DNA of 64,000 nt from Piromyces finnis finn (Eukaryota; Fungi; Neocallimastigomycota), in contig MCFH01000001.1 of assembly GCA_002104945.1 (NCBI GenBank), positions 248,001 through 312,000 of the forward strand, written 5' to 3'. Made by a program: the position numbers and the translations under genes. Every line of letters starts with the position of its first letter. Within the stretch, counting starts at the first letter, position 1. The notes under the pieces were generated by a model. That model did no database searches. It saw only the letters and a program-made list of their open reading frames with translations, and was not told the origin of the DNA. This document shows, in pieces, positions 15,401 through 26,146 of this stretch.

Positions 15401-16350
15401 CATTATCTTTATGATGTTCATGAAGATCATTTAGAAAGATCAGAACAATTACAGTCATTTTCATCAAATTACAAAAAAATTAATATGAAATCAAAAGATT
15501 ATAATCTTGAAAAGAATCTCGCAGATTTAAAATTATCATCTTATAGTTATTTATATGAAAAGATGATTATATCAGCTCATAAAGTTATAAGCAATGCTTA
15601 TGTATTTGTAAGTGCTTCAAAACCAATAAATTATATATATAAATGCAAATATCCTTAAAATAGATATTGAATTATAAAGCTATTGATTAATAAATCATTT
15701 AATTATAATGTCCAATAAATATTCCAGATGTTTATTGCATTTAGAAAAACACAAATATGTAAAAACCCTGAATGTGAATTTGATAAGGAAAATGTAAGAT
15801 TTTTCCATAGATTCAAGCTTTTTACTGAAGTCAATAGTCCAGCTATTGTACCTTATGAGATATTTTTACAAAATATTGAAGCTATCCAGTCTGAAGAAAA
15901 TAGCGTAATTATTTAATAAATTAATAATTTAATTTCTATTAAAGTATAAATATTAATTTTTTTTTTTTTACCATATTATTTATTTCATTTTAAAAAACTT
16001 ATTAATGTCATACAATTATTATAATATATATAATAATAATTAATTAGTTAAATAATTGTTTTGCTTATGCTGCTACAGAATTTAATAATGCTAAACAATT
16101 ATTACTTCGTATTAAACAATTCCCTGATAATGTTACACAAACACAATTTTATCATGATGCTTTCCTCAAAGATATTGATGATCTATTAATCGTAGTTCAA
16201 AAGAATATCGATAATATTAATATTATCTCAAGAAAAATATCTATCTTTATGAAAATTAAAAGTATGAACACTAATGTAAATACTAGAAAAATGAATATTA
16301 ATTTGAACTTTGAACACAATAAAATATATCCAATTATTGAAATAGATTAA
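12432..16350 (+). CDS. NAA35: N-terminal acetyltransferase C auxiliary subunit Naa35/Mak10 (multi-exon)
   Basis: MTYIDITDLVNRATE, FTLYETMSAIE / IMDPKMDSG, WLKGYMISQTLLTCLF and EEDF are Mak10-family N-terminal motifs. The last exon ends FEHNKIYPIIEID*. Confidence 0.9.
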
Positions 16351-16787
16351 GTATTATTATTATCATTAATAATAATAATGTAGAATGAATTATAGAATAA
16401 TACAATAAAACCAAATTAAATAATAAAATTATTATTAATAGTTTTATAGTAGCAAAATAATAAGCAAAATATAAAGTACAAAATACAAAATACAAAAAAA
16501 AAAAAAAAGACTAAATAAATTATATAAGATTATATAAATTAATATAAAAACTGTAATGTAAAAATATGGAAATTAAATTTTATTATTTCTAACAATAACA
16601 ATGTTAAAGTTATTAAAAAGTAGTTAGCCTTATAAAATAAAATATTTCATTTTAACCCGTTAATAATAAAAAGTAACATAAATTATTATTATGTCAATTA
16701 AAATATGGAATATTTATAAATTATTTTGTTATGAACTATTTTTTTAGTGTCATATTTATTCAAGTAAATTTTTTTCCCATTTAATAG

Positions 16788-17022
16788 TGTGAAAATAAAA
16801 TACATTACAAAATAATATTTTATGTATTTTTTATGTATTTGTATTTTATAAAATTATAAATTAATATTGTACTACATTTTTATTCTTGGGTTATTTTTTA
16901 ATAAAAAGATTTTAAGAAAGTTACAATATTTATATTATAAAATAAATATAAATAAATAAAAGATTATAAAAACCCAAATAGTTTTATAAATAAATTTAAG
17001 TGTAAACTAAATTTATCTGACA
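16788..17022 (+). repeat. 5' LTR
   Basis: tgtgaaaataaaa...tttatctgaca; no differences from the 3' LTR seen by eye. Confidence 0.97.
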
Positions 17023-17044
17023 GATTAAGAGTCTCAATTGCTCT
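17023..17044 (+). promoter_or_regulatory. primer-binding site complementary to the anticodon arm of tRNA-Lys(CUU) (half-tRNA type)
   Basis: GATTAAGAGTCTCA abuts the LTR's CA end. It is the reverse complement of TGAGACTCTTAATC, the anticodon stem-loop of canonical eukaryotic tRNA-Lys(CTT). There is no TGG start. Confidence 0.8.
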
Positions 17045-17070
17045 TATATTTAAGTAAGTTTTTTTTTAAT

Positions 17071-20000
17071 ATGTCAAAAAGAAAATCTAACGGAGATACT
17101 GGATCAATTCCTATATTCGATCCTACCGTTATGCTAGGAAAGGTCACTTATGAATTGAACAATAAAAATTTCATAACGTGGCAAATGTTTATGAGGAATA
17201 TTTTAAATTATTATGGTCTTGAAGATTGGGTTGATGAAAACAAAACCCCAAAGATCAAAAGTGACGAAGGAATGGATATCGACGGAGAAGAATATCTAAA
17301 GGCACCTTTTGAAATCAATACCTACTATGATAAGAACGTAACCGAAGATGACTTAAAAACAGATAGGAATATCCAATTTTTAATTAGGTATACTTTAGGC
17401 CCAAACTGCCAACAAGATATCCAAGATAGGTCTTTAACAAGCTACGAAATGTGGAAACTATTAGAAGACATTTATTTAGGGGATAAAATAGAAAGAAAGA
17501 ATAGGCTTATTAAGGAAACAAACTCCTTAAAATACGACCCGAAAGAAAGTTTCTCAAGATTTGTAAATAAGTTAAATTCCAACTTTAATAAGTTAGAACA
17601 ACTAAATGTGAAAATAGATGATGAAGAAAAAATTGGTTTACTGTATCAAGCCTTACCAGAAAAATATAGGAAAGTCACAGTCCTTAAGCATGAAGACTGG
17701 GAAGAATGCAAAAAGGACACAGCAAGAATGATAGATAAGATGAACAAATTTGATCCGAAAGAGAAATCTGAAACCTTCGGAATTAGACATATCTTTAGTG
17801 TTGAAGGTAGTTACAAAGGTGATAAAAGAAAGGAAAGTACTAAATACTACCGCAACAAACAAAGTAATAATCATAATAAAAATACAAATAAAGGAAAAGA
17901 AAAGTCCAATGAAGAAAGAAATTGGAATAACAAAAATAAACAAAACATTACATGTTATTTTTGTCATCAAAAAGGACATACTGTAAAACAATGTCGTATT
18001 CAAAAAGAACTTTCAGAAGAAGTTACAAGAAGGCTAAGAAAAGAGAAAAATAAAGGCAAGGAAGCATTTTTAGCAACAGGTGAAATAGTAAATAAACAAA
18101 CCACTGAAGACTTTGAACCAGAAGTTGGATATCAAGATTTGTTTACAGTTGATTACAATACATTATTTGACAATAACAATGATGAATGTAATAATAAATC
18201 ATGCAATTACGTATCTTGTGAAAATGTACCTACAAGTTTTACTACATGGACTTTAGATTCTGGTGCTTCTAATCATATTACCAAAGATATAGGAATTCTC
18301 AAAAATGTTTTTGAACATGTAGAACCAATCAATTATGCAAATGGAGCGACTACAAAGTCAACACATATGGGTGAAGTAAATGGATCTATTAATGAAGAAC
18401 CAATAAAATTAGAAGATGTAATGTACATCCCAGATGTAAAACGAAATTTAATTTCTGTTGCCAAGTTAGTTAAAAGTGGCTACCAAATAATCTTTGATGA
18501 GAAGAACAATAATGTATTTGCATATATAAAAGATAAGAAAACAGATAATGTATACGAAGTTAAAGCAAATGAATATGATGTATTCAATTTGTACATCAAA
18601 GAAGGTAATGTAGTTAATAATTACTCAATGTGCGATAATGTACGAAACAATGGTGAATACTGGCATAGAAGAATAGGGCATCTGAATTTCAACAATAATG
18701 ATGAAAAGAACAATATTCACAATTGTACAATATGCATGAGAAGCAAAATGAAAGAAATCCCTCATAAAAGGTCAGATAGTAGAGCATCAAGTGTTTTGGA
18801 ACTAGTACACATCGATTTGGTAGGTCCAATCACACCATCAATTCATGACAACGTATACTTTTTAAGTATCTTAGATGATTACAGTCGATATGGATGGGTA
18901 ATATTTGTCAAGAATAAAAGTGATGTTTTCAAAGAATTTGGAAATTGGCTGAATAAAACTACTAATGAATTATCATCCAAAGTAAAATATCTTAGAAGCG
19001 ATAATGGAACTGAATTCACTTCTAATAACTTCAAGGAGTTATGTAACGAATATGGAATAACTCAACAATTCACCGTCCCTGGAAATCCGGAGCAGAATGG
19101 AAGAGCAGAAAGATTCAATGGAAAGTTAATAAAAACTGCTACTGCAATGTTAATGGACGCAAGGTTATGTCGTCGCTTTTGGGAAGATGCTGTGAAAACA
19201 GCGAACTATGTTCATAATCGAGTTCCGCACAGTGGAATTAATGGTGAAATACCATTTGAATTAATGTACAACAGAAAAGTTGATTATAAAAATTTAAGAG
19301 TATTTGGATGTAAAGTGTATTATTTAGATGACAGTAACATTCCAAAATTTCAAGACAAAACTAAGGAGGGAATCTTTATCGGATATGATGAATCTTCAGT
19401 AGGATACAGAATATTCGACATAAAATCAAGGAAAATTAAAGTGAAAAGAGTCGTAGGTTTTTTAGAAGAAGAACCTGGTGACTACAATTATAATTTAGAA
19501 AAAGAAAATAATAATGAAACATATAGTCAAGATACAGAAACTTTTCAAGTAAGGAACTTTAATTATATGTATGATAAAGAAAATGAAAACAATAACAATA
19601 AAGACAAAAAAGAAAAGGACATTTCAAATGAAAATGATAAATTAATGAATGAAAACCTAGAAACACTCAATGATAAAACTAGTAATAAAGAAGACTTAAA
19701 AGAAGTAAATTATGAAGAAAAATTTAGAAATATAGAAGAAAAGCTGGATAAGCTCACGTCACTATTAAATAAAGAAAAAAATAATAGTTCTGAAAGTTTT
19801 ATGCAAGTCTGCGAGGACACTAATGATAGTAATATGAGTATAGAAGACTCAGAAGAAGAAGACTTAAATCTCTTAGACTATATTAAACTAAAAGAAAAGA
19901 AAAAAGAACGTTTGAACAAAAATAATTACCAGAAAATTGAAGGAATGGAAGAAAATAAAGAAATTAAAATAAGTACTTCAATGGAATCTGTAAGTGAAAC

Positions 20001-22524
20001 CAATAAAGAAAAAGAAAACAATAATGACATTTCAGGAAGTAACGACGGCAATATAAATAACTTTACCTTGGAAGAAAATAATTTAAAATATAATAATTTA
20101 AAATATAATAGTGCTGACGAAACTGAAATTTGTGAAATTAAAGAAGTGAATATAAAGAGAAATGACGACAAGAAAAATAAAAATATAAACAGTAAAGACA
20201 ATTCAAATATATCAAAGGATAATAAAAGGAATAATAAATACCTGAATGCAAAAGGAAATGTTTATTTTATAGAAGAAAATTCAGACATTGTAAATAAAAA
20301 TGAATTAATTGAAGAAGTATTAAAAACACCATCAGAAATGGAGATAAATGATTTAACTGGAGAAATTGACAATAATGATTTTTTAAATATCCTGAGTCCT
20401 GACATTGATTTAGGAACAAGAAAGAAAATTGATTTTGAAAATATTGAGAGTGTCAAAAATAATATAAATAAAAATAATAGAAAAGAAATAGAAAATAATT
20501 ATTCAAATGTAAAAGTAAATTATAAGAATGAAGAATATTATAAGAAAAATTACATACCTATTAATGAGAATGAAATAAGAAGAAATTTGAATAAAGAAAA
20601 TATCAATATTCCTGAAGAAAAGTCCAAATTTAAAAATATTTCTGATGAAAAAGAAAGTAATTTAAATAATCAAAATAAAAAGGAATATAATTTGAGAAAT
20701 TTAAAAAATAAAAATGAAATTAAAGATCCAATCAATAAAGATAAATCTAAGAAAAAATTTTTTGATAAGAAAAAGTTATTATCAAAACAAAATTTTTTGA
20801 ATAAGAGAAATCTAAATAGAAAATTAAAATCCAATAAAAATTTTAAATTAAATGAAAATCATCCACCAAAGGAAGAAAAATTCCCAAGAAAGCGGAAACT
20901 TGTTCCAAGTGAAGATGTCATAGAAGAAAAATTTAGTAAGCCACATGAACATGAACCAGAAAAGAAGAAAATTAAGGAAGTGGCGCTAACTATAGCACAA
21001 ATCAAGGAGCCAAATTCCTATAATGATATATTTAAAAGAAAAGATAAGGATAAGTGGATAAAAGCAATAGAAGCCGAATTGCTAAATATGAAAGAAAGAA
21101 AAGTGTTCAAAAGAATAGATGAAGTTCCAGAAGACGCCAATATTATTGATTCAAGATGGGTATTTAAGATAAAAAGGAATAGCACTGGTGAGATAGAAAA
21201 ATACAAAGCTAGACTTGTAGCCAGAGGTTTTACACAAGAATATGGAGAAGACTACAATGAGACCTTTTCTCCTACTCTAAAACAAGACTCATTAAGAATC
21301 CTAATAGGAATAGCTGCAATTAATAACTATAAAATCCATCAATTAGATGTTAAGGCCGCATATTTGTATGCAGATTTAAAGGAAGATATATATATGAAAG
21401 CACCTGAAGGAGATAAAATGTATAAAAAAGGATTATGGAAATTAAATAAAGCATTATATGGCTTAAAACAAGCAGCAAGAGAATGGAATAACAACATCAG
21501 CAATACTCTCATTGAACTAGGATTTCAGAAATTAGTTAGCGAACCATGCATATTTATAAAGACCAAAAACAATAAATTAGTATGTTTAGTTGGAATATAT
21601 GTTGATGACATCCTAATAACTGGTAAAAAGGAAGAAATAGATAAAACTATTAAATTAATTAAAGAGAAATATGTTATCACGGATGTTGGTGATGCAAATT
21701 TCATCATAGGAATCAAAGTAGAAACGTTAAAAGATGGGTATTTGTTACATCAAGAAAGGTATTTAAAGGATATATTACACAAATTTGGTTTAGAAAACTG
21801 CAGAGGATCAAAGACAACTACACCAATCAAGAATGATGAACAACTCAATCAGCCTTTTGACCCTACTACTTATAGAGCTGCAATAGGAAGTCTTTTATAT
21901 TTAGCCATAGGTACTCGTCCAGATATCTTATTTTCAGTAACCAAAGCATCTAGGTTCTCACAAAATCCTACTATCCAAAATTGGAAGAATGTATTACAAA
22001 TATTCAAATATCTGAAAGAAAATCCTCATTATGGAATCCGTTTTGAAAGAAACTTAAATTTGAAGATTTTTGTAGATTCAGACTATGGGGGAGATGAAGA
22101 AACAAGAAAATCTACCACTGGATTTGTATTTTTATTGGGAAATGGACCAACAAGCTGGTACTCAAAACTGCAAAAATGTGTATCAACTTCAACCGCCGAA
22201 GCAGAATATTATGGACTTTGTGAATGCTCAAAGCAAGCTCTGTGGTATAGAAATATTTTTAGTGAATTAAAAATAAAGGAAGAATGCTTAAAAATCAATA
22301 TTGATAATCAAGCAACTATTTACAACGCAAATAATGAAACGATTAATCCAAAGTCAAAACATATTGATATTAAGTACCATAAAGTAAGAGAATTAATTAA
22401 AGAAAATAAAATCAGTCTAGAATATATAAAATCAGAAGAAAATTTAGCAGATGGTTTTACTAAATACTTGAATAAAAATAAAATGAAAATATTTAGAGAT
22501 AGTTTATTATATAAATACAAATAA
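17071..22524 (+). CDS. copia Gag-Pol polyprotein (~1817 aa from the ATG at 17071)
   Basis: Zn knuckle CYFCHQKGHTVKQC; protease WTLDSGASNH; pre-integrase WHRRIGH; integrase HIDLVGP, LDDYSR, RSDNGTEF, QNGRAER; RT KARLVARGF, HQLDVKAAYL, IYVDDILI; RNase H FVDSDYGGD, EAEY, IDNQ, ADGFTK. No stops. Confidence 0.98.
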   Translation: MSKRKSNGDTGSIPIFDPTVMLGKVTYELNNKNFITWQMFMRNILNYYGLEDWVDENKTPKIKSDEGMDIDGEEYLKAPFEINTYYDKNVTEDDLKTDRNIQFLIRYTLGPNCQQDIQDRSLTSYEMWKLLEDIYLGDKIERKNRLIKETNSLKYDPKESFSRFVNKLNSNFNKLEQLNVKIDDEEKIGLLYQALPEKYRKVTVLKHEDWEECKKDTARMIDKMNKFDPKEKSETFGIRHIFSVEGSYKGDKRKESTKYYRNKQSNNHNKNTNKGKEKSNEERNWNNKNKQNITCYFCHQKGHTVKQCRIQKELSEEVTRRLRKEKNKGKEAFLATGEIVNKQTTEDFEPEVGYQDLFTVDYNTLFDNNNDECNNKSCNYVSCENVPTSFTTWTLDSGASNHITKDIGILKNVFEHVEPINYANGATTKSTHMGEVNGSINEEPIKLEDVMYIPDVKRNLISVAKLVKSGYQIIFDEKNNNVFAYIKDKKTDNVYEVKANEYDVFNLYIKEGNVVNNYSMCDNVRNNGEYWHRRIGHLNFNNNDEKNNIHNCTICMRSKMKEIPHKRSDSRASSVLELVHIDLVGPITPSIHDNVYFLSILDDYSRYGWVIFVKNKSDVFKEFGNWLNKTTNELSSKVKYLRSDNGTEFTSNNFKELCNEYGITQQFTVPGNPEQNGRAERFNGKLIKTATAMLMDARLCRRFWEDAVKTANYVHNRVPHSGINGEIPFELMYNRKVDYKNLRVFGCKVYYLDDSNIPKFQDKTKEGIFIGYDESSVGYRIFDIKSRKIKVKRVVGFLEEEPGDYNYNLEKENNNETYSQDTETFQVRNFNYMYDKENENNNNKDKKEKDISNENDKLMNENLETLNDKTSNKEDLKEVNYEEKFRNIEEKLDKLTSLLNKEKNNSSESFMQVCEDTNDSNMSIEDSEEEDLNLLDYIKLKEKKKERLNKNNYQKIEGMEENKEIKISTSMESVSETNKEKENNNDISGSNDGNINNFTLEENNLKYNNLKYNSADETEICEIKEVNIKRNDDKKNKNINSKDNSNISKDNKRNNKYLNAKGNVYFIEENSDIVNKNELIEEVLKTPSEMEINDLTGEIDNNDFLNILSPDIDLGTRKKIDFENIESVKNNINKNNRKEIENNYSNVKVNYKNEEYYKKNYIPINENEIRRNLNKENINIPEEKSKFKNISDEKESNLNNQNKKEYNLRNLKNKNEIKDPINKDKSKKKFFDKKKLLSKQNFLNKRNLNRKLKSNKNFKLNENHPPKEEKFPRKRKLVPSEDVIEEKFSKPHEHEPEKKKIKEVALTIAQIKEPNSYNDIFKRKDKDKWIKAIEAELLNMKERKVFKRIDEVPEDANIIDSRWVFKIKRNSTGEIEKYKARLVARGFTQEYGEDYNETFSPTLKQDSLRILIGIAAINNYKIHQLDVKAAYLYADLKEDIYMKAPEGDKMYKKGLWKLNKALYGLKQAAREWNNNISNTLIELGFQKLVSEPCIFIKTKNNKLVCLVGIYVDDILITGKKEEIDKTIKLIKEKYVITDVGDANFIIGIKVETLKDGYLLHQERYLKDILHKFGLENCRGSKTTTPIKNDEQLNQPFDPTTYRAAIGSLLYLAIGTRPDILFSVTKASRFSQNPTIQNWKNVLQIFKYLKENPHYGIRFERNLNLKIFVDSDYGGDEETRKSTTGFVFLLGNGPTSWYSKLQKCVSTSTAEAEYYGLCECSKQALWYRNIFSELKIKEECLKINIDNQATIYNANNETINPKSKHIDIKYHKVRELIKENKISLEYIKSEENLADGFTKYLNKNKMKIFRDSLLYKYK

Positions 22525-22546
22525 TGAATTTATAACTTTGGGGGAG

Positions 22547-22781
22547 TGTGAAAATAAAATACATTACAAAATAATATTTTATGTATTTTTTATGTATTTG
22601 TATTTTATAAAATTATAAATTAATATTGTACTACATTTTTATTCTTGGGTTATTTTTTAATAAAAAGATTTTAAGAAAGTTACAATATTTATATTATAAA
22701 ATAAATATAAATAAATAAAAGATTATAAAAACCCAAATAGTTTTATAAATAAATTTAAGTGTAAACTAAATTTATCTGACA
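22547..22781 (+). repeat. 3' LTR
   Basis: Direct repeat of 16788-17022, preceded by the polypurine tract. Confidence 0.97.
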
Positions 22782-24605
22782 AATAGTATATCACCTTTCT
22801 ATCAATCTAACCCTATTATTGATTATATTTACATAGATATTCAAAACCAATAATTGATATTGTAATTATATTATTGTTAATGTAATGTATTTAAATTTTA
22901 TAAAGTTAGGATTAGAATACCTAATTATTGTAAATAACCTAATCTTTTAAAATTAAAACAATTATTCTATATATATTTTTAACTATTGTTGTTATGTTGT
23001 TTTTGTTTAAAACAAAAAAAAATATTATTGACTTGTACATATTATAGTGTTAATTAGTATTATTTTTATATATGTTGTATGATTTAAAAGCAATAGCAGT
23101 ATGTTTTAAATATTTAAATAAACCTTTTTTTAAACTTTTACTATTATAAATAAATTAAAATTATTTCTTATTAAAATTTATTACTAAAATCATAAAAAAA
23201 AAAAAAGAAAATACCTCTTTATATACAAATTTTTATAATTATGATTTGTAAGAATATGGAAATTAAGATATGATTTGTAAATACATATCTTTAACAAAAT
23301 GACGTAATTCGTAATTGCATAATCAAAATAAAAAAAGATTATTTACTAACATTCTATAAAGCAAATTCTTTTGCATATATACACATTATATTTTAAGTTT
23401 TTTTTTTTTAATTTTATTAATTAATAATAATAATAACAATAATATTATTATATATATATATATATATATTTTAAATATGCAATGCGAAGTAATTTAATAT
23501 TATTTTATTTTTGTAAACATATTAATTCTTTATAGAAAAGTTTAAAATAATATACTAATTATTATATATTTATATATACTATTATAAATATAAATAATAT
23601 AAAGTGAATTTAGATATTTTTAATGACAATAAAAGAAAAAGTTTTCAGATTATTATTCATATCCTATATTTTAATTTATTTACCATATATATTTAATAGA
23701 AATAAGAATTTAACAATAGACATATATTTCTATACTAAATATAATCTAATATAAAATCCATTTATTTTTAAATAAGATAAAAAAAAAAAAAAAATAGCAT
23801 ATGCAAATATTTATTAATAAAATAAAATTTCAATTTAATTAACTCTATTCATGCGTTATTCTATTGTCACTTTCAGATCTGACAATGAGAAATTCATTCT
23901 TTTTCTAGTAAAATTGTTAAAATTAATAAGTATGAATTCGTCAATTGTATGTTTGAAAGAAAGCCTATTTTAGACATTATAATATATTTAATTTCTATTT
24001 ATTAATAAAAAATAAATAAGAATAGTAATAAAAATAAGAATAATAAAATTTTTATTATAATTAGTAATGCTAAATAATTATTATTACCTTTTTTTTTCTT
24101 ATTGAATCAATAATAATAATATTTAAATTTAGATTTATTTGTTTTTTAATTAATTTTTCCAAAAAGTAATTTCTGTGTAATTCAATCTTTTTTTTTTCTA
24201 AAATGTAATATCGATCCTGATACTATTGGTCAAAAATCAAATAATAAAATATATTAAACCTTAATTAATCTAATAATATATTAACTAATAATTAGTTAAC
24301 TGTAATTTAAGTATTAGTTAACACATAAATAACAAAATATATTGATTAAATGTTAACTAATCATTAGTTAATATATAAAAGTATTGGATCATTATTAAAT
24401 AATTATTTGTTAATTAATTTTAATTTATTAAAATCCTTATTTCCATCATAATCATAATGAAAAGATGAAATAATATTTATTGAATATTGGCAGGGGATAA
24501 AATGTTTTATTATTTATTAAATAAATAAAGCAACTGCAGATGATATTTGTTATTATTCCATCTATTGATTTATAATAATAATAATAAACATAATAATAAA
24601 CATAC

Positions 24606-24712
<107 letters not shown>

Positions 24713-26146
24713 AATATAGAAAAATGATACAATGATACAATGCTATTGTATAATAGAAAGATAGTTCTACTATTTATTCTATAATAAAATACAATATAGT
24801 TTTTTTTATTCTTTTTTATTATAAAATAGGGTTACAAATTATGGTTTAAAATTTCAATTATCTATTGATGATACAATAATAAATGCTATTCTATAAAATA
24901 AAATACATTAAATTTATTGAATATTTTTAATTAATCTAACTCCGAAAATTCAATCTATTTTGATCTTTTAAAGTTTAAAGATCTTGTTAATAATATATTT
25001 CTTTTCTATTATAATAATTCAACTGCATAATGATAATAATTATTTATTTTTAATAGAAATAACTTTTTTTTTTTAGTATTAGTGTTAATTTAAATATCAG
25101 TAAAATAATCATTTATTTAATGTTAAAAAGAGAAACTTGTCCAATTTTGTTAAAAATAACAAAGATACATAAACAATTTGGGATTAATCACCCTTTTAAC
25201 TTATTAAAGTTTTTTGGTTCATTAATTAAGGTTAATTTTAATAATATTATTTTAGCATTCTTATTTTAAAAGGTAAATGTAAATATGCTATAATGTGATA
25301 GTAATAGCATTATTATTCTATTCATCAAGATATTGAAAAAGGGAATCGTTCTTTTATTTTCTATTCATCTTATAATAAATAGCAAATATGATCTTTTAAA
25401 TGAATAATGTTCTAATTAAAATTATGGGTTCTCCATTCAATATTTTTTTATTGGCTATAATTTAACTAATGGAAAGTAAATATCATTACGATTATTGGTC
25501 TAAAATCAACTAATTATTCGTAGAAATGCTTCTTAGAAAAACTAATGTTTAGTTAACATTTTTTCGTAAATTACCTTCCAATCATAATTAAATATATTAT
25601 ATATCACATTCTAATTAATTATTTATCCAATCAAGATAAAATAAATGTATTAATTTGATATAGCATAAATATATGGAATATATTATATTGCTGTGTAACC
25701 ATAATTGGTCTTTAATAATAATTTAATATTTATTAGCATATTAATATGGCTATATATGGAGAAATAGTTAATGTAATTATTTTCGTTATTTTATAAATCA
25801 TATATTAAATTTATTTTATAATATATTTCATGTATAATATTTTATATGAATATTTTTTTATAAAATTCAATTAATATTAATCCCAATATATTGGTATATG
25901 AATATAATATAAACTGGAGTATATATTTAATTATGTTTAATTGTTGTATATTACATTTTTTTATATTAAAGTTTATTTATAATAATTTTATTATTATTTT
26001 TTTTTTTTTTGAAATTTTCATATATATACCACTGTAAAGAACGCTAAAAAATTTTTTTTTTCTTCACTGTCATAAATAAATTTTTGGTTTAGATATTCTA
26101 ATTTTAGGGTTTTAAATTAGTAAATAACTAAATAATTATTATAAAA

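Larger units (their letters stand above)
16788..22781 (+). mobile_element. full-length Ty1/copia LTR retrotransposon, apparently intact and recent
   Basis: Two 235-bp TG...CA LTRs, a 5-bp TSD AATAG at 16783-16787 and 22782-22786, a purine tract GGGGGAG before the 3' LTR, and a single gag-pol ORF with copia domain order PR-IN-RT-RH. Confidence 0.98.

Noticed and set aside
17653-22520. Short overlapping or antisense ORFs within the copia element
   Set aside because: They are shadows of the A-rich gag-pol frame (hydrophobic F/L/I/S-rich translations) with no motifs.
25100-25900. Slightly more complex sequence upstream of MET6 (pseudogene or riboswitch)
   Set aside because: No sustained reading frame and no SAM or cobalamin riboswitch consensus seen.
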